Below, one piece after another: positions 59,124-64,000 of a stretch of DNA of 64,000 bases (positions are counted from its first letter, which is position 1; each line of letters starts with the position of its first letter). Origin of the DNA: Syntrophorhabdaceae bacterium (GTDB taxonomy: Bacteria; Desulfobacterota; Syntrophorhabdia; Syntrophorhabdales; Syntrophorhabdaceae). The notes below the pieces were generated by a model. That model searched no databases, was not told where the DNA came from, and was given only the letters and a program-made list of their open reading frames with translations. The translations under genes were made by a program, and so were the position numbers. The stretch covers positions 5,184,001-5,248,000 of the forward strand of contig OY762209.1 in NCBI GenBank assembly GCA_963665295.1. Reading direction: 5' to 3'.

Positions 59124-59776
59124 TTGAAACCTCCCGATAAGTTGGACCGATCTCTGTTCAATGCCGCGAAAGGAAGTCGATCATGTCTGTATTATCCTAT
59201 ACGCCCTGTCGGGAAAACCATGTCTCCTGCCGATGCCCGGACAGGCGTCGCAATCCGTGAGGCTCTCCGTTCCTCCATTTTCATAATAACCACGCACATC
59301 CGGCGGAGGACCACAAAGAACACCACGGGGATTGCACATACCAATGTTCATTAAACTACTCATGTATTATCCGTCAACTATAGTTTAGAGACTCTTCAAT
59401 GTCAATCCTTATTTGCATTTCAATTACTAGCAACTTAGTAGTATCACAATGTGTTGATCGCCCTCGCGAGCCCCTATTTCGCCTCTTCGCGCCTTTGCCG
59501 CGGGACAGGTGATCGAAGACGCGCTTCGTATAACGGTTTTACCGAAACCGCTGAGACATCTCAATGACGTGGGTCACTCTTATCGTCGTGAGGATGGACG
59601 GGTCCGGCGTCTCATCTTTCTATTGACAATTAACCTTTTGCAATTCCCACGTATAAATGTTACTATATACCCTGCTGTTTTCCACTGACCTGCCGGCCGG
59701 AAGCAAAACGTAGATTTCTTAAATTGTTAAACTACGATATAACAGGAACAGAAAAAGGAGAAAGAAATACAAGAAT

Positions 59777-61348
59777 ATGGAACCCTTAAAATTTGAAGAT
59801 CTAAATTTGTCGAAAGAGCTTCGGAAAGCCATTGAAAACATGGGCTTTGAAGAAGCAACACCCATCCAGTCAGAGGCAATACCTCTCATATTGGAAGGAA
59901 AAGACGTCATCGGCCAGGCCCAGACAGGAACCGGAAAAACGGTGGCCTTCGGAATACCCATCCTTGAGATGGTCCAACCGAAGAACAGAAAACCCCAGGC
60001 AATCATACTCTGCCCCACCAGAGAGTTGGCGATACAGGTAGCGGAGGAATTCAAGAAACTCTCGAAGTACAAGAAGGATGTGGCGGTTTTACCCATATAC
60101 GGCGGGCAGCCCATAGACCGGCAGATCTTTGCGCTCAAGAAGGGCGTACAGATCATCATCGGCACACCCGGGCGCACCATAGACCATATCCGGCGAGGCA
60201 ACCTGAAACTGGACAATGTGAAAGTGGTGGTCCTCGACGAAGCGGACGAGATGCTCGACATGGGATTTATCGACGATATCGAGACAATCCTCAGGGATAC
60301 ACCGAAGGAGCGCCAGACCCTCCTCTTTTCCGCCACCATGCCGAGACCTATCCTCGAACTCACCAAGAGGTATCAGAACAATCCCCAGTTGGCCAAGGTG
60401 GTCCATAAGCAACTGACCGTGCCCAACGTGGAACAGGTATATTTCGAAGTGAAGGAGAGCATGAAACTCGAGGCCCTGTCGAGGCTTATCGACATGCACG
60501 ATCTGAAGCTCTCTCTCGTATTCTGCAACACCAAGAGACGGGTTGATGAGGTCGTGGCGAACCTGCAGGTCCGCGGCTACCTTGCTGACGGCCTTCACGG
60601 AGATATGACCCAGGCCCAGAGGGACCGGACAATGGGTAAGTTCAGGAGCAATGCCTTTGAGATACTCGTGGCCACCGACGTGGCGGCACGAGGCATAGAT
60701 GTGGACGGCATAGAAGCGGTTTTCAACTATGACCTCCCCCAGAATGAAGAATATTACGTCCACAGGATCGGGAGAACCGCCAGGATGGGAAAAGCCGGCA
60801 GGGCCTTCACCTTTGCCGTGGGAAAAGAGGTTTACAAACTCAGGGAGATCCAGAATTACGCAAACGTGAAGATCGAGCGCCAGAAGGTACCTTCCGTGAA
60901 CGACGTGGAAGCGATCCGGCTCAACACCTTCCTTGACAAGGTAAAAGAAGAGGTGGAAAAGGGCGGACTTGAACATTACACCAACCTGGTGGAACGCCTT
61001 ATCGACGAGGATTACGCCTCGGTGGATATCGCGGCGGCGTTGCTCAAGCTGAGCATGGGGGCCGACAACGACAATCGTGGTGATTTTGACGACGAGGGCA
61101 ACCTCAAGGACGAGATGACGCGCCTCTTCATCAATATAGGACGGAGTCAGAAAATAGACGTGAAGGATGTGCTCGGCGCGGTGGCAGGAGAGACAGGCAT
61201 ACCGGGAAAACGCATCGGTAAGATCGAGGTCTTTGACAAACATACCTTCATCGAGGTGCCCAAGAAGTTTGCCCAGGACGTAATCAACATCATGAACAAT
61301 AACCAGATCAAAGGCACCAAGATAAAAATAGACTGGGCTGCCAAGTAA
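59777..61348 (+). CDS. deaD: DEAD-box RNA helicase with C-terminal DbpA-type RNA-binding domain (DeaD/CsdA-like)
   Basis: Q motif, AQTGTGKT, PTRELA, DEAD, SAT, ARGID, HRIGRT; RLFINIGR C-terminal domain. Confidence 0.9.
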   Translation: MEPLKFEDLNLSKELRKAIENMGFEEATPIQSEAIPLILEGKDVIGQAQTGTGKTVAFGIPILEMVQPKNRKPQAIILCPTRELAIQVAEEFKKLSKYKKDVAVLPIYGGQPIDRQIFALKKGVQIIIGTPGRTIDHIRRGNLKLDNVKVVVLDEADEMLDMGFIDDIETILRDTPKERQTLLFSATMPRPILELTKRYQNNPQLAKVVHKQLTVPNVEQVYFEVKESMKLEALSRLIDMHDLKLSLVFCNTKRRVDEVVANLQVRGYLADGLHGDMTQAQRDRTMGKFRSNAFEILVATDVAARGIDVDGIEAVFNYDLPQNEEYYVHRIGRTARMGKAGRAFTFAVGKEVYKLREIQNYANVKIERQKVPSVNDVEAIRLNTFLDKVKEEVEKGGLEHYTNLVERLIDEDYASVDIAAALLKLSMGADNDNRGDFDDEGNLKDEMTRLFINIGRSQKIDVKDVLGAVAGETGIPGKRIGKIEVFDKHTFIEVPKKFAQDVINIMNNNQIKGTKIKIDWAAK

Positions 61349-61383
61349 TACGCAGCCGGGCGCCCTGTTCGAGGTATTTGCGC

Positions 61384-61909
61384 ATGTTACTTGAGATGCA
61401 CTGCATACCTCCCTGCACTCTTCGTGCAGTAATGTCACGGCCATGGACCTGGTGCAACAGGTCTACGGGAAGGGCCTTCAAGGCCTCATCATCACCGATC
61501 ACCATTACCTGTGGCCGGAAGATGAATTGCCGGCCTTGAGGAAAGAAGCAGAGGCGCCCGACCACTTCCTGATCCTCTCAGGACAGGAAGTTTTCACCTC
61601 CGATACGGGAGACAGTGTCTCCCGCAGGTATACGACGTAGGAACCTTTCTCGCCCAATTCAACAACCAGTTCCAGGGCTACCCCGAAATCCTCCGGGAAT
61701 TGCCGGAACAGGTATTCCTCAACGCCTGCCTCTCGCGGGCGGCAGATGTGACGGCGGACTTCGGCAATCAGGTGGACCTCTTTCGAGGGCGCACCGACCT
61801 CAGCATCGCCTCATACCTCATAAAGGTGGGTCTCGGCGAAAGCGAAAACCTCTGGCGTGTACTGATGGAAGCAGAACAGGCCCTCGCGCAATCAGGGCGT
61901 ACGGATTGA
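61384..61909 (+). pseudogene. Remnant of a PHP-domain / phosphotransferase-like fusion gene
   Basis: MLLEMHC-[frameshift]-TSLHSSCS...ITDHHYLW...GQEV, then an out-of-frame YDVGTFLAQF... C-terminal segment. Confidence 0.65.
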
Positions 61910-61990
61910 CAGCTCGCGTGGGGAGACAGGAAAAAGTATCGTGGCCCCCGGTAAAGCCGTGCAGGGCCGGGCGTATCCTGCCCTATCCGA

Positions 61991-62416
61991 TCATGTGCCC
62001 CTTGGCTTGAACTTCGGAAGGGTTACCTCGCTCGTGACGTCGTCGAAGACGACTTCCACGGCCATGCCCACCTTGAGATCGGCGTTCGGACAACCCACCA
62101 CGGTGCTCATCATCCGTATGCCCTCCTCGATCTCGATGAGGGCGATGTTGTAAGGCGTGTCTCCCTCAAAACCAGGTGCACCCCGGTGACAGACGGTAAA
62201 GGAATACACGGTGCCGCGGCCGCCCGCCTTCACCCATTCCACATCAAAGGAAAAGCATGACGGGCAGAAGTCGCGAGGATAGAAGTGGTATTGCCCGCAA
62301 GCCCGGCACCTCCGGACCAGGAGCTCGTGGCGCGACGCGGCCTCCCAGTAAGGCTTCGTCTCATCGTGTATGTAGGGAAGCGGTTTCTTATAGCCTTTTT
62401 CCATATCGTCAATCAA
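61991..62416 (-). CDS. DUF35 Zn-ribbon/OB-fold protein (thiolase partner)
   Basis: CRACG...PRDFCPSC...GRGTVYSFT...ALIEIEEG...VGMAVEVVF. Confidence 0.92.
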   Translation of the reverse strand: MIDDMEKGYKKPLPYIHDETKPYWEAASRHELLVRRCRACGQYHFYPRDFCPSCFSFDVEWVKAGGRGTVYSFTVCHRGAPGFEGDTPYNIALIEIEEGIRMMSTVVGCPNADLKVGMAVEVVFDDVTSEVTLPKFKPRGT

Positions 62417-63557
62417 CCCCCAGGATTACTGTCCCGCTTGACGCGAGAGACCCGCCGATGCCGTTGCAGAGCGCGGTCCTTGCCTCCCTCACCTGACGGT
62501 CGCCACACTCTCCTCTCAACTGTTTCGTTGCCTCAATGAGGAGAAAGATACCGAACATGCCCGTGTGGACACACGAGAGACCTCCGCCGCCCGTGTTCGC
62601 AGGGCAGCCTCCGCCGGGGGCCAGCCGTTGGCCTTCGACGAACCGTCCTCCTTCGCCTTTCGGGCAGAAACCGAGGTCCTCCAGTTGAAGGAGGACGGTG
62701 ATGGTGAAAGAATCGTAGAGCTCAAGCACATCGATATCCCGGGGCGTGAGCCCCGCCATCCGGTAGGCGCTTTCACCCGAGAACTTTGCGGGGGTTACGG
62801 TCAAATCCGGCATACCCGTGATACTCCGGTGAGTATGGGACTCCCCGCACCCCAGGATGCGAACGGGTTTCTTCCTCAGGTTCCGCGCCCGCTCCATGGT
62901 GGTGACAATAACCGCCCCGCCTCCATCGCTCACGAGGCAACAGTCCCTGAGGCGAAGAGGGGTGGACATCATGGGTGAGGCAAGGACGTCGTCGATGCTC
63001 AAAGGACCCCGCATGGAGGCAACCGGGTTGAGGGCCGCCCATTTCCGGGCCGCCACCGCGATCTCGGCAAGCTGCTCGCTCGTGGTGCCGTACTGGTACA
63101 TGTGACGCTGGGCAGCAAGAGCGTAAGTGGGAATAGGGACCCATTGGCCGTAAGGTATCTCGAACTGCTCCTCCGGTTCCTGGACCGCTCCTGTGGCAAA
63201 GTTCAGGGCCAGCCCTTTCTTCCGGTCCGACAGGCGCGTCTCTCCGTAGCAGATAAGGGCCGTTTCACAGAAGCCCGCTGAAATGGCTGCCGCGGCATGG
63301 CGCACATGAAATTCGAATGCGGCGCCGCCGGGCATGGTGCTATCCGAGTAGGTCGGGCGTATGCCAAGATATTCGGCGACCATGATAGATTCCATGGTAA
63401 GCCACCCCGCAGAGAAAAACCCGTCTATATCGCTCTTGCGAAGTCCCGCATCGTCAAGCGCTCTATTGGTCGCCTGCGCGATCAGTTGCAGGAACGTCTT
63501 ATCCGGGGTATACCCTATATCCGACTCCGCTACGCCTACAATTGCCGTTTCTCTCAT
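62409..63557 (-). CDS. Thiolase-superfamily protein (SCP2-thiolase / lipid-transfer type)
   Basis: AIVGVAES, DCCLVSDGGGAV, ELYDSFT, LEDLGFC, NTGGGGLS, QLRG; start at MRETAIV after GGAGAGG. Confidence 0.9.
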   Translation of the reverse strand: MRETAIVGVAESDIGYTPDKTFLQLIAQATNRALDDAGLRKSDIDGFFSAGWLTMESIMVAEYLGIRPTYSDSTMPGGAAFEFHVRHAAAAISAGFCETALICYGETRLSDRKKGLALNFATGAVQEPEEQFEIPYGQWVPIPTYALAAQRHMYQYGTTSEQLAEIAVAARKWAALNPVASMRGPLSIDDVLASPMMSTPLRLRDCCLVSDGGGAVIVTTMERARNLRKKPVRILGCGESHTHRSITGMPDLTVTPAKFSGESAYRMAGLTPRDIDVLELYDSFTITVLLQLEDLGFCPKGEGGRFVEGQRLAPGGGCPANTGGGGLSCVHTGMFGIFLLIEATKQLRGECGDRQVREARTALCNGIGGSLASSGTVILGVD

Positions 63558-63677
63558 TGCCTCTCCCTTACCCTCCCCCGGTTTACGTTCCCAATCCGGG
63601 GGACTGTGGTACATTGTCCTTGAATCCGGACAATTGTAAACCAACAGCCGGGCAAAATGCAAAGGGAAAAGGATGGG

Positions 63678-64000
63678 TTATCCGTCGAGCGTGCGGCGGA
63701 TGGCCTGGGCAAGTTCACGGTTCGAGAGGGGCTTCATCAGGAGTTCCCTGATCCCCTCCTTCCTCACCGATTCCGGCGTCACGTCATCGGAATGACCGGT
63801 ACAAAGGAGAATGGGTATATCCGGCCTCACGTGGAGAAGCTTCCCGGCGAGACGCCTCCCCGTCATCTCAGGCATGGTCTGGTCCGTAATCACCAGGTCG
63901 AACCCGGCGGGATCAGTGGCGAAAAGCTCATACGCCGCGGCGCTGCCCGTTGTCGCCGTCACCCTGTAGCCGAGGCGCTCGAGCGCGGCCTTCGCCCATT
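63678..64000 (-). CDS. C-terminal receiver domain of a response regulator or hybrid kinase (5' part outside the window)
   Basis: LERLGYRV...FDLVITDQTMPEMTG...PILLCTG...LMKP. Confidence 0.9.
   Translation of the reverse strand, partial: WAKAALERLGYRVTATTGSAAAYELFATDPAGFDLVITDQTMPEMTGRRLAGKLLHVRPDIPILLCTGHSDDVTPESVRKEGIRELLMKPLSNRELAQAIRRTLDG

Noticed and set aside
60089..61444. Long antisense ORFs (here and opposite htpG, hrcA, the sigma54 regulator and the PIN/TRAM gene)
   Set aside because: They fully overlap well-supported genes on the other strand and lack motifs, as expected from codon bias in GC-rich DNA.
1..64000. CRISPR arrays, rRNA/tRNA genes, prophage or defence-system genes
   Set aside because: No regularly spaced repeat-spacer arrays or recognisable signatures; the repeats seen are intragenic protein repeats.

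Overview
Moderately GC-rich bacterial chromosome segment. Gene content and order (carD-PIN/TRAM-ispD-ispF-gltX, Sec-containing SelD, multi-PAS LuxR regulators, flavodiiron protein) suggest an anaerobic Desulfobacterota/deltaproteobacterium, possibly Syntrophorhabdus-like (inference). Housekeeping and stress genes: panBCD, htpG, hrcA-grpE-dnaJ (no dnaK), two cold-shock genes, katE, a DEAD-box helicase and K+/cation transporters. Signalling genes: two diguanylate cyclases, a hybrid kinase, an MCP and a sigma54 two-component pair. There is one intact IS256-family element with 8-bp target duplications and one PHP/phosphotransferase pseudogene. Features the ORF track misses or that are non-coding: an in-frame UGA plus SECIS-like hairpin in selD, a pan-motif RNA with terminator upstream of panB, a motif shared by both csp 5'UTRs, TTGAC-N4-GTCAA palindromes, a sigma54 promoter, a 58-aa zinc-ribbon ORF and several apparently leaderless genes. 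The best candidate for an uncharacterised system is the three-gene operon at 53.7-57.3 kb: a degenerate RsbW-like/GNAT-like fusion, a PLP aminotransferase and a paralogous GNAT-like protein, lying downstream of a multi-PAS LuxR regulator and a 13-bp inverted repeat. No rRNA, tRNA or CRISPR array was recognised. All family assignments come from motif recognition by eye, not from database searches.
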